Origin: Azolla caroliniana
Taxonomy: Eukaryota; Plantae; Polypodiophyta
Assembly (NCBI GenBank): GCA_043228905.1
Contig: JBHGNT010000002.1
Location: 15,252,001-15,316,000 of the forward strand
DNA: 64,000 nucleotides
Direction of reading: 5' to 3'
The first letter of the stretch is position 1. Each line of letters begins with the position of its first letter. A model generated the notes under the pieces. It worked only from the letters and a program-made list of their open reading frames with translations, was not told the origin of the DNA and ran no database searches. Shown here piece after piece: positions 38,201-49,696 of this stretch. The translations under genes were made by a program, and so were the position numbers.

Positions 38201-39075
38201 TGTATAAAATAAGCCCACCATTTCTCGCTGATCCACCTCCTTCTGGAAGAAGTGCAAGAATTTGTCTTTCAGGTCCGCAAAGGTGGGGATGGTGCTGCGA
38301 TCCTGCATCCGGTGCCATCTGGCGGCCGGTCCTTCTAATGTCACGCCGAATTCGGCTATCTTGGATCGTTCGTCTTCTGCCGCAGTTAGCCGTTGTGACA
38401 CATGGTTCGCTTCCTCCGCGTCCAGGTCATCCCGATACTTGGAGTACTAGAACGGCATATCGTCGTCCGGTGTCGGTACGCGGCCTGGCGGTGTCGGTGG
38501 TCTTTCTTGCTGTTCCGCCGGCGTTTGAGGTCTTTGCCGGTCTTCCTTTGGTGTTGCCGGCTCGACTTCCAGTGTTGGAAATTTTTGCTGGTGCACTTCC
38601 ATCTCCGGAGGTTGCTCCACGATGAGTACCGGAGATTCTCGGTCTCCCAACTCTGGTTCTGGTGTCGGTAAGGTATCCAACTTCTCATCCTCCGGTCCTC
38701 CTAGGGTGTCATTACTGCTGTGATAGTTCGTATGCGCGCTGTAACCCCCTTCCGAATCCGATTCCAATGTTGAATATGCTTCGGATTTGCCGTCTCTTCC
38801 GGCCAAGGCTTGGAGAAGGGTTTCCGCTTCCCGGAGGCTGCTTAAGCTGCTTCCTTCGTCCGGGTAGGCATTTTGTTGCAGGCGGAGTGACTCCTCCGCC
38901 ACTTTCTGGATCACTTTGGAAAATGATCGATCCGTTCGGATTTCTTCCGCTGCTTGCTGAAAAGCCTCTCGCCGCTGTCTCCGTTCAGTAAGTCTTTGTG
39001 CTCTCTCTGTAACCAGGTCGTCTGTTGGCCTAGTCATCCATTCCTGCCGCTGTTCACTACGATAATGCAGGAATC

Positions 39076-39085
39076 GTGGTCGCCA
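39076..39085 (-). other. Gy3 5' PBS TGGCGACCAC (tRNA-Arg type)
   Basis: 7 nt inside the 5' LTR; complementary to a ...GTGGTCGCCA tRNA 3' end (tRNA identity from recall). Confidence 0.75.
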
Positions 39086-40685
39086 AAAACTGTGTTATTG
39101 CTAGGGCCGGACAACAGCCTAACACAGGGTGTCCCCTTAAGACACGTCACCAAAGGGTCGTACGACAGAATAACTTACAGCACAACGCTTAATTAGACCT
39201 TAATCGATTACTTAGCCATCCGTAATTAACACACGTAAGATGTAACAATAAATACAGAACGGTAATCAACACTTGAAGATTAAGACAATAAGCTTTTATT
39301 AATTATCCGTTCCTGATTACATTGTAACCAGGCCTTTATATAGGTCTCCGGTGCGAAATACAAAACGGTGCCAACCGGCACCTTTACGGAATCGTTCCGG
39401 ATCCGGATCAGCATACCAATTCCGGTCCGTCCGTCCACATCTTCTTATATAATAATATGTATATATTAAGACTACTAATTACAACAGTTCACGAATAACT
39501 ATTCCTTTCACACTCTAGTTTGGACCTCCTTAAGCCTTCTTTGCTGGCCGGTAACATGATTCTAATAACAGTTGGACGTCTCGATGACGAAGGTTATAGC
39601 AGTCACTTCCGAAATTGCACATGGGAATTCTGTAGAGGGAACTTGATCGTGATTCGGGTCAAGAACTAAAATACATTATACATGATGCATGCACGACTGA
39701 GCCGAAACGAGGTAAATGCGGCAACCGACACAACCGGAGAGTTGTGGCATAAGAGGTTATCTCACATGAGTTAGAAGGGTATGTAGATGTTGGTCGGAAA
39801 ACAACTCTTGCCGGAAGTGAAGAATGTGCATTTGGACAAATGTGTCGACTACCTGGCCGACAAACGAAATAGAGCCGCCTTTCGATCTAGGCCTCTGATG
39901 TAGAGGAAAAATGCCTTGGAACTTGTACACACCGATGTGTGCTATGTAGATGCAAGGTCTCATTCTAGTGGACAGTACTTCGTAAACTTCATAAATGATT
40001 ATAGGCATAAGTTGTGGGCTTACGTGCAAAAGACGAAGGATCAAGTACTGAGTGTCTTCAAGGTGTTCCAGGTGAGAGCCGACAGAGAAACTGGATGGAA
40101 CTTGAAGGTGGTCCGAACGGACAATGGCAGTGAATACCGAGGGCAGTTCGAGGAGAACTGTCGGTAAAAGGGAATCCGGCTTGAATATACCGTACCGAAG
40201 ACGCCAATGTTGAACGGGCTAGCCGAAAAAATGAGCCAGACCATCATGGAGAGAGTTGCCTCTTTAATATTCTCAAAAGTTGTTTATGATAAAATATTTG
40301 TACTTAAATTCTTTATTCCTTTTACATTAAATGATGTTTGGGGAAATCGTGATGCTTGTAATGGTGACTTAAGATGCACTTTAATATTGAATTGAAAATT
40401 AAAAGTTATATTGGAACTAACTAGGCATATTATTGAATGGTCAACTTGGAATACATGAAATTCATGACAATATTGCCATGCATGCCTTCGGAGCTTTACT
40501 TCCATGATCGTGTCATGATGAAATTAAAATATCATTTCGTGCTCACAAAAGTAAGCATGGCATACAATTAAACTAAGCTTCTACATGCTCTATTTAAAGC
40601 TAGCCAAATCCTTGCAAGGGTCATTCCATATCTCTCTTGAAAACCTCATCATCAGTACTTAGAATTCATCTCAATACTTATAGCA

Positions 40686-41237
40686 ATGGCGTCTAGATAT
40701 AACGTTTCCTACATGAAGATGATGGTACTCATGGTGCTTCTAATGGCGGCATGTGTTGCTGCAAAAAAGAAGGTGGTATTGAAGTACTACACACAACAAC
40801 AACTTGGGGTGAATGAGTTTGGGATGGTCTCAGCAGCTGTTCCTCCGGCCAAAGGCACATTCACTGGTGTTGGCCTTCAAGTGGTTTATAACTACACATT
40901 GACCAAGACAGGAAACCCAACATCCCAAGTATTGGGCGTCATTCGGGGCACCTCTGTGGTGACCTCCAACACTGTCAATGCCACCATTTTTGTTGTCAAC
41001 ACCGTTGTCCATTACGTTAATCCCAAGAAAGGGGGTCTCAAGGGCACTTTCACCACACAAGGTGAGGCCGACTTTGGTAGTGGACAACCCTTCGAATTAG
41101 CCGTGACAGGTGGCACTGGTGACTTTCGTGGTGTGTATGGCTACACTATCGCCAGCAACTTCAAATTTACACCACCTACTGGCAACTCAACTGCCAAGGT
41201 CACAAAATTCTATCAAACTCGCCTTTGGTGGCTCTAA
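40686..41237 (+). CDS. Secreted dirigent-like protein, copy C (N160K)
   Basis: Intact; about 8 synonymous and 1 non-synonymous differences versus B; lacks the 3' tandem duplication. Confidence 0.85.
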   Translation: MASRYNVSYMKMMVLMVLLMAACVAAKKKVVLKYYTQQQLGVNEFGMVSAAVPPAKGTFTGVGLQVVYNYTLTKTGNPTSQVLGVIRGTSVVTSNTVNATIFVVNTVVHYVNPKKGGLKGTFTTQGEADFGSGQPFELAVTGGTGDFRGVYGYTIASNFKFTPPTGNSTAKVTKFYQTRLWWL

Positions 41238-41972
41238 ATTATAGATGCTTGAATTATCTTCCTCATTTATGGGATTGATAAAAAAATACATGGCTTTAGG
41301 AAACTCTTTCTTTCATACCAATTAATATGAATTGGTGAATGCATTGTCTTCCTATATGTAGGAAGATTTATTTATTTATTTATTAATAATGAAACTTAAT
41401 ATCGTGGATCCTACAAAACCATGCAAAGATCAATGTTTAGTTTCATTTCAATGATGATAAATTATGTTACACAATGTTTCACTATACATGCAGGATGATT
41501 GTGTTCCATATCCGAGGATTCTCATTTCTTTTGTTTAAGCATGTGAATGTGCAACAATAAACAATGGCGTATTGAACATTGGAATAGACCTCTTCCCTTT
41601 AAATACATTTCTTTTTTAAATCGAGAATGAATCCACTAATATATGTCCCACTAGATGGCTAACAAGATGGGGTATGGTGAGACCTATCAAACCACATGTT
41701 TCCACTCTACCCTAACCGAAAAAATCGAGTTTCAAATTACAATGTGAAGAAATCCAAATGTCTCCAAATGTAAATCACTAGTTTACCAACCTCGAAAACC
41801 TTGTCCAAGTCCACATCAATCCTCAGATGTTTGGTATTGGTTGTATTTTCACCGTTGTAGATATTATTTAGATAGCAAGAAAAACCTTCACCATGTGCTT
41901 TTGAGGCATCTCAATCACTTTATGAGTCCCGATATACTAGCTCTTGGTATAGCATGATGGTGAGTTTGCTTC

Positions 41973-42850
41973 TTGCAAATTTTAATCTCTCATGAGGACC
42001 GTAATAAATTAATACGCCAAGAAATATGGCAAATTTACACTTGGTATAAACGGATAACCCCATTAGTGGCACTCCCATCTAAAATGCTGTACTATAAGGA
42101 ACACTTCATCCACTTCTCTAAGTTAGGTTTTATTACACAACTAAAATATCTAGATACATTCTTGCCAAATGCACTAAGGGTTGCCACTGGACAACTTCGA
42201 ATATCATCTCACCAACTTGATATTGAGAATGGTCATACTAATGGGGTCCCTAGAGAGGAACGGATATGTAGATTATGTCACATAGAAATAGAGGTGAGTA
42301 CCACTTTACATGCAAGTGTCCAACTTACGCCGAGATAAGGGAAAAATACCAAGACATGCTCGGACCTTCTCCCACCCTCTCCAAACTATTAGATACTCTA
42401 GATATAAAGAAGTTAGGTAGATATATCTTAGAGCTAAAACAACATAGAGAGAATAAACTACAAAATATTAACAATAACTTTTCTAATATTCACCAACATG
42501 TAGCCAATGAAGTTTTTCATGGACAGGGGAAGACGATGAATGTGGACACACATGCACCACTCGGCCTCTTCCTTGATGAAGTAGAAAACCGAAGAAGAAC
42601 CAAAAGCCCTCGGATGTCGTGTTTCAAAGCAACTCGGCGTGGTGTAGAACCAATTAAGAAAATAAGGAAATGTGAGCTACACCGCGTAGAAGCCATGGTT
42701 GGGATAGTTTCTACATCGGGACCATAGGCCACACCCACATCGAAACCCTTTGACCTCCCGCTTCTTTTCAAGAGACTTGGATTCTCTCATATAGATTCTC
42801 TCACTCACACACAAATAGTTTCTCTTTAATAGTAATTGAATTAATTTTGA
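41973..42850 (+). mobile_element. 5'-truncated LINE (RTEX-like) C-terminal fragment; partial copies at 17717-18349, 49064-49696 and 11497-11790
   Basis: LRISSHQLDIE.G....PREERICRLC...EYHF..KCP.Y..IR Cys/His domain typical of LINE ORF2 C-termini; frameshifted. Confidence 0.7.
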
Positions 42851-44386
42851 ACTATAGTAGATGAGGTTCAATACAGTGTCAAACCCATCTAATTGCCCAT
42901 TGTATCCACCAAATAGGTTCATCTAGTTCCACTAGATGAACCTATTTGGTGGACACGATTTCATATAATCCTTCTAACATCTACTAAGTCATGGCTCTAA
43001 CCACTAGGCCATTATATATTTATGCCCCCTTTTTCTTACCCTTGCTTTTCTCATGTATTTTAGACATTTCCTTATTGCGTTCCCACCTTCCTCATGCCCA
43101 CATCATGATACTACCAACACCAAATCCATCATCTCCTTGACGCTCGGTCAGTTCAGCAAAGACGCTACCGGATGAACCCCAATTATGCGGCTAAGGTCAA
43201 GGAAGAAATAGACAACCTCCTCCGAGTGAGGTTCATACGACCGGTAAAATGCGCCCAATGGTTAAGCCCAATCGTAGTCGTCCCCAAGAAAAACGGGAAA
43301 ATCCGAGTATGCGTCGACTACCGCAAGGTAAATGTGGCAACGGTCACGGATGGATTCCCTCTCCCATTCACGGATAGCGTTCTCGACACGGTGGCAGGCA
43401 CCAGTTGCAAACCTAGCACATCGCGGCCAGAGAACAACATCGGGATGCTTGGCGACAAGACATGGATGAAACTATAGCTCAACTCACCACACGCTATGAG
43501 CAGATAATCGCGCTCATCACCGAAAAAGCGAAAGATAATCAAGGTACTTTAGCACTCCTCGTCCATAAAAGCCAAACAGAAGCCAAGGCCGCACGGGAGG
43601 CAATGGAAGTTCACCGCGCTAGCATCGGCATGGACGATACTAAAATCAAGATCCTAATCAACAAGTATCGCCAGCTATTCACCACAAAGATCAAAGACAC
43701 CCTTGACTGTGTTTGGCAGGGGTGGTCAGCCCAAGCTGCGAACCTACACATACTACACACGAATTCCGACAACCAACGAAAGGAGGGCCGAGGGTTTTAC
43801 AAGATGGATAACACCAGCATCAAAACTCTTCGAGAAGACTTAACTGAGGAATATCATACCTTGGCACCATCCCACACCGTGGCCATCGAGCAACTCTTAG
43901 AGGAATTCAACGACGATCTAATGGTGTTTCGCTTAGAAGCCAAAGTGTACGAGAAGGAATGACTCGTTACCGGGATTAACAGAGCTCCCACAACCAATGA
44001 GAAAGGACCCAAGCCACCGACCGCGGCAGGTAGACCAGAGGAACCTGCCCCTACACACCTCCACATCCCAACCGAGCCACTCACCACGGCACCTAGACCA
44101 GAGGAACCTGCCCCTACAGACCTCGACATCCCACCCGAGCCACAGACTACAACCACGACCCTACCTAAATCGGTCCCAATAGAGGAGGGCCCACACGACG
44201 ACACTGCCATCCCCGACTCGGCAACGAAACCTCCATCATCAACCCCACCTTCCAAGCAGCCAAACCAACCCTATGCCCCCGAGGATATCCTCGGCATATT
44301 GGAAGAGGAATAAAACAAACCAATAAGCCCTCGTAGGAACGAGAAATTTTTGTAATTTGTGTTGTTTTACCAAATCCTTGTGAATC

Positions 44387-44426
44387 GTGGGTTCGACGGA
44401 CAAAATCCTGTCCCACGGGCGTGCCA
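44387..44426 (+). other. tRNA-Arg 3'-half-like motif at the PPT position (Gy2; also ~10520-10559, 13040-13079, 27952-27991)
   Basis: GTGGGTTCGA-N13-GTCCCACGGGCGTGCCA-GG-LTR. Confidence 0.8.
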
Positions 44427-47400
44427 GGTGTTTTCCATGGGACAACAAGATAAATTAGTTAAATATAATACGCCGGTAGGTAAGGTTAGTATGTGAGGAA
44501 GCTAGAGTTTAGGAAAACACCGAGTTTCGAGCCTCACAGTTAGCTGACAGCTCGGCTCTGTATAAAGAAAAAGTATATAAACCGAGGTCTGCGTACCTCG
44601 ACAAGGGGGGAATACCTAGATCATTCTGAGCGAAAGTAATATCATAGGAGCAAGGTTTGTACGTACAGTTTCCGGCTGAGGCCGAGTACTGTAATCACTG
44701 TAAGCTTTATCATGGAATATAAGTTTCGTCTTTTCTAAACTTCTATCTGTGTATTCTCCCCATACTCGTAAATCAGGCTACGTTCATACTTAACGGGTCA
44801 TAGACCGTGTACGATCCTTGTTCTCCTCTCTTTTTCTCCGTGTAGAAGAAGCTTCCACGTAACACGATCTCTTGACCCCGATAGTCTGTGGGCTCATCGA
44901 AGGTGTTTCCCCACCGGCTTCTCCGGCTCTTGCTTCGTCGAAAACCGCTTCCTTTTTATAAGGTCCACGATAGAATCGTGGAATTCCCTCATTGCTATCC
45001 CTAGCACCTCCCTCAAGGTGAGCTACACCCAGCTGTCGAGGATTCGTCCATCCAAGACCTTCTGCAGGTCCATCGCTCTCTCTATCTCCAACATAAACTA
45101 AAAGCCCGACAACTTCGTCTTCTCCTGTGAGCCGGCTGGGCCTTCGTCATTCTTCTTCGGCCCACTCTGGGTCTCGTACCGGTTCGAGGACCGGCGTTTC
45201 CGGCCCACTTATGTTCTATCAGAACCTCGTAGTTTTGGGACGCGGCTTCCACGAAGCCGGTTTTCTCTTCTACCAGATTGTCACATCCGGTGCCCTCTTG
45301 GACCCGCTTCTCCGCACGGTCCACTTCTTCCTTCCTTAACCACATGTCAGATAGGCCCTCTAGCACAAGCAACGAGAGTCTGGTACTTCTTCCGGATCCC
45401 ATGCCCTTCTCTTCTCCTACCTAGATCCCTGCCGACACGGAGTAGTGAATGGCCTCGATGTTCCGAGCCGCGACTTCCTCCATTAGCCTCTTCATGCCAC
45501 ATCTTCTGGTGTTCACCACCAGAGGCCTTCGCGTGTCGCATATGTGCACTTGTCCATTCCAAAGGTACACAACATTGTTCTTGAGTGCTTTAGCAAAATT
45601 GGTGCACTCTCTCCGCATGTGGCCGAAGGCATTGCACCACATGCACCTCTGGTCGTTCGGTGGGTGCCGATCATGTGATTGGCCGTCGCCTTCCCTCTGG
45701 GCTGGGCAATCTGGAGGTCTCGTACCATCCTCGATAGCTCTAGCTCCTCCAGAGTTGCGCCCCTGAATAAACCTTCCAGCACGTCGGTTGGAACCATGCC
45801 CGTCTCAAGCCACCTGCTAGTATCTTCCAACGGAGTCGGAATCTCCTCCATCCTCTTCCCGGTGGTCGGTCCGTCTGCTGACACCCCCGCATCGTTCCAC
45901 TCCCGCCGCTTGTGATAATGACTACATACTCTCTTGACAACAATCCAGTCGGTCGTGAGCTCTTTATCCGTGAGGAGACCCACCTTCTCCTGATCACGCG
46001 TTGTCACGAAGGTACGACAAAGACACGTGAACTTGAGGTAGGACCTCGGGGCCTCCGACCAGAGGAAATCAAATTCGTGCGTTTATATTTTAAGAATTAA
46101 TAGAAATGAGAAGATTTAGTAATTTTTTACTCCGTTCGTTTGGGCCTCATCATGCATTATTGTGCTTTGTTTGACCTCTTCATCATATGTATTAGCTTTG
46201 ACCTTCGCTTCCTCACCGCCACCTTCCATCTCTGGTCTTATGTTGGTTCTTGGGCATAATTGCAGAACTCTCCGGAACCTGCGTGGAGGGATTCTCATCC
46301 TTATCTGCTTTTGCTTTTGTCATCTTGTTCATAGCCATCTCTTTGGCTATCTCTCTTTCGCACGCATCCGCGTCGGCCCTTGCTTCCTCACCACCATTGT
46401 TCTTCTCTTGGGTCTTACATTGGTTAATACCCAAGTCTCTCAAACAAGTGTGGAGGGTGTCATGATAACACTCACATCATGCATCGAAAAGAACATGACA
46501 CTCACATTATGACTCGAAAGTATTTGATTGAATCTAATATCAGTCGGACGGCTCGATGACGAAGGTTATAGCGGTCACTTCCGAAATTGCACGTGGAAAT
46601 TCTGTAGAGGGAACTTGATCGTGGTTCGGGTCAAGAACTAAAATACATTATACATGATGCATGCACAACTGAGCCGAAACGAGGTAAATCCGGCAACCGA
46701 CACAACCGGAGACTTGTGGCATAAGAGGCTATCTCACATGAGTTAGAAGGGTATGTAGATGTTGGTCGGAAAACAACTCTTGCCGGAAGTGAAGAATGTG
46801 CATTTGGACAAATGTGTCGACTACCTGGCCGACAAACGAAATAGAGCCGCCTTTCGATCTAGGCCTCTGATGTAGAGGAAAAATGCCTTGGAACTTGTAC
46901 ACACCGATGTGTGCTATGTAGATGCAAGGTCTCATTCTAGTGGACAGTACTTCGTTAACTTCATAAATGATTATAGGCATAAGTTGTGGGCTTACGTGCA
47001 AAAGACGAAGGATCAAGTACTGAGTGTCTTCAAGGTGTTCCAGGTGAGAGCCGACAGAGAAACTGGATGGAACTTGAAGGTGGTCCGAACGGACAATGGC
47101 AGTGAATACCGAGGGCAGTTCGAGGAGAACTGTCGGTAAAAGGGAATCCGGCTTGAATATACCGTACCGAAGACGCCAATGTTGAACGGGCTAGCCGAAA
47201 CAATGAGCCAGACCATCATGGAGAGAGTTGCCTCTTTAATATTCTCAAAAGTTGTTTATGATAAAATATTTGTACTTAAATTCTTTATTCGTTTTACATT
47301 AAATGATGTTTGGGGAAATCGTGATGCTTGTAATGGTGATTTAAGCTGCACTTTAATATTGAATTGAAAATTAAAAGTTATATTGGAACTAACTAGGCAT

Positions 47401-47657
47401 ATTATTGAATGGTCAACTTGGAATACATGAAATTCATGACGATATTGCCATGCATGCCTTCGGAGCTTTACTTCCATGATCGTGTCACGATGAAATTAAA
47501 ATATCATTTCGTGCTCACAAAAGTAAGCATGGCATATAGTTAAACTAAGCTTCTACATGCTCTATTTAAAGCTAGCCAAATCCTTGCAAAGGTCATTCCA
47601 TATCTCTCTTGAAAACCTCATCATCAGTACTTAGAATTCATCTCAATACTTATAGCA

Positions 47658-48209
47658 ATGGCGTCTAGATATAACGTTTCCTACATGAAGATGATGGTAC
47701 TCATGGTGCTTCTAATGGCGGCATGTGTTGCAGCAAAAAAGAAGGTGGTATTGAAGTACTACACACAACAACAACTTGGGGTGAATGAGTTTGGGATGGT
47801 CTCAGCAGCTGTTCCTCCGGCCAAAGGCACATTCACTGGTGTTGGCCTTCAAGTGGTTTATAACTACACATTGACCAAGACAGGAAACCCAACATCCCAA
47901 GTTTTGGGCGTCATTCGCGGCACCTCTGTGGTGACCTCCAACACTGTCAATGCCACCATTTTTGTTGTCAACACTGTTGTGCATTACGTTAATCCCAAGA
48001 AAGGGGGTCTCAAGGGTACTTTTACCACACAAGGTGAGGCCGACTTTGGTAGTGGACAACCCTTCGAATTAGCCGTGACAGGTGGCACTGGTGACTTTCG
48101 TGGCGTCTATGGCTACACTATCGCCAGCAACTTCAATTTTACGCCACCTACTGGCAACTCAACTGCCAAGGTCACAAAATTCTATCAAACTCGCCTTTGG
48201 TGGCTCTAA
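47658..48209 (+). CDS. Secreted dirigent-like protein, copy D
   Basis: Intact; protein identical to B, with 2 synonymous differences. Confidence 0.85.
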   Translation: MASRYNVSYMKMMVLMVLLMAACVAAKKKVVLKYYTQQQLGVNEFGMVSAAVPPAKGTFTGVGLQVVYNYTLTKTGNPTSQVLGVIRGTSVVTSNTVNATIFVVNTVVHYVNPKKGGLKGTFTTQGEADFGSGQPFELAVTGGTGDFRGVYGYTIASNFNFTPPTGNSTAKVTKFYQTRLWWL

Positions 48210-49696
48210 ATTATTGATGCTTGAATTATCTTCCTCATTTCTAGGATTGATAAAAAAAATACATGGCTTTAGGCAACTCAACTGCCAAGGTCACAAAATT
48301 CTATCAAACTCGCCTTTGGTGGCTCTAAATTATAGATGCTAGAATTATCTTCCTCATTTATGGGATTGATAAAAAAATACATGGCTTTAGGAAACTCTTT
48401 CTTTCATACCAATTAATATGAATTGGTGAATGCATTGTCTTCCTATATGTAGGAAGATTTATTTATTTATTTATTAATAATGAAACTTAATATCGTGGAT
48501 CCTACAAAACCATACAAAGATCAATGTTTAGTTTCATTTCAATGATGATAAATTATGTTACACAGTGTTTCACTATACATGCAAGATGATTGTGTTCCAT
48601 ATCCGAGGATTCTCATTTCTTTTGTTTAAGCATGTGAATGTGCAACAATAAACAATGGCGTATTGAACATTGGAATAGACCTCTTCCCTTTAAATACATT
48701 TCTTTTTTAAATCGAGAATGAATCCACTAATATATGTCCCACTAGATGGCTAACAAGATGGGGTATGGTGAGACCTATCAAACCACATGTTTCCACTCTA
48801 CCCTAACCGAAAAAATCGGGTTTCAAATTACAATGTGAAGAAATCCAAATGTCTCCTAATGCAAATCACTAGTTTACCAACCTCGAAAACCTTCTCCAAG
48901 TCCACATCAATCCTCAGATGTTTGGTATTGGTTGTATTTTCACCGTTGTAGATATTATATAGATAGCGAGAAAAACCTTCACCATGTGCTTTTGAGGCAT
49001 CTCAATCATTTTATGAGTCCGGATATACTAGCTCTTGGTATAGCATGATGGTGAGTTTGCTTCTTGCAAATTTTAATCTCTCATGAGGACCGTAATAAAT
49101 TAATACGCCAAGAAATATGGCAAATTTACACTCGGTATAAACGGATAACCCCATTAGTGGCACTCCCATCGAAAATGTTGTACTATAAGGAACACTTCAT
49201 CCACTTCTCTAAGTTAGGTTTTATTACACAACTAAAATATCTAGATACATTCTTGCCAAATGCACTAAGGGTTGCCATTGGACAACTTCGAATATCATCT
49301 CACCAACTTGATATTGAGAATGGTCATACTAATGGGGTCCCTAGAGAGGAACGGATATGTAGATTATGTCACATAGAAATAGAGGTGAGTACCACTTTAC
49401 ATGCAAGTGTCCAACTTACGCCGAGATAAGGGAAAAATACCAAGACATGCTCGGACCTTCTCCCACCCTCTCCAAACTATTAGATACTCTAGATATAAAG
49501 AAGTTAGGTAGATATATCTTAGAGCTAAAACAACATAGAGAGAATAAACTACAAAATATTAACAATAACTTTTCTAATATTCACCAACATGTAGCCAATG
49601 AAGTTTTTCATGGACCGGGGAAGACGATGAATGTGGACACACATGCACCACTCGGCCTCTTCCTTGATGAAGTAGAAAACCAAAGAAGAACCAAAC

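Larger units (their letters stand above)
30945..39556 (-). mobile_element. Non-autonomous non-chromovirus Ty3/gypsy Gy3 with both LTRs
   Basis: 464-bp LTRs 30945-31408 and 39093-39556; TSD TGAAT/TGATT; empty sites at ~15182 and ~46529; gag with CYYCRQEGHFSNQC, protease IIDGGSGFNV; RT truncated at ~35830; no RNase H or integrase. Confidence 0.93.
16311..47657 (+). repeat. Higher-order repeat unit 2 (genes B and C)
   Basis: 16311-26700 matches 47658-64000 apart from deletions; 42563-47657 matches 11497-16310. Confidence 0.9.

Noticed and set aside
42905-42960. Helitron 3' terminus
   Set aside because: Hairpin is absent from the sister copy and no CTRR follows at the expected distance.
44387-44426. 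Functional tRNA-Arg gene
   Set aside because: Only the T-arm and 3' end are present; no D or anticodon arm; T-loop is interrupted; CCA is encoded.
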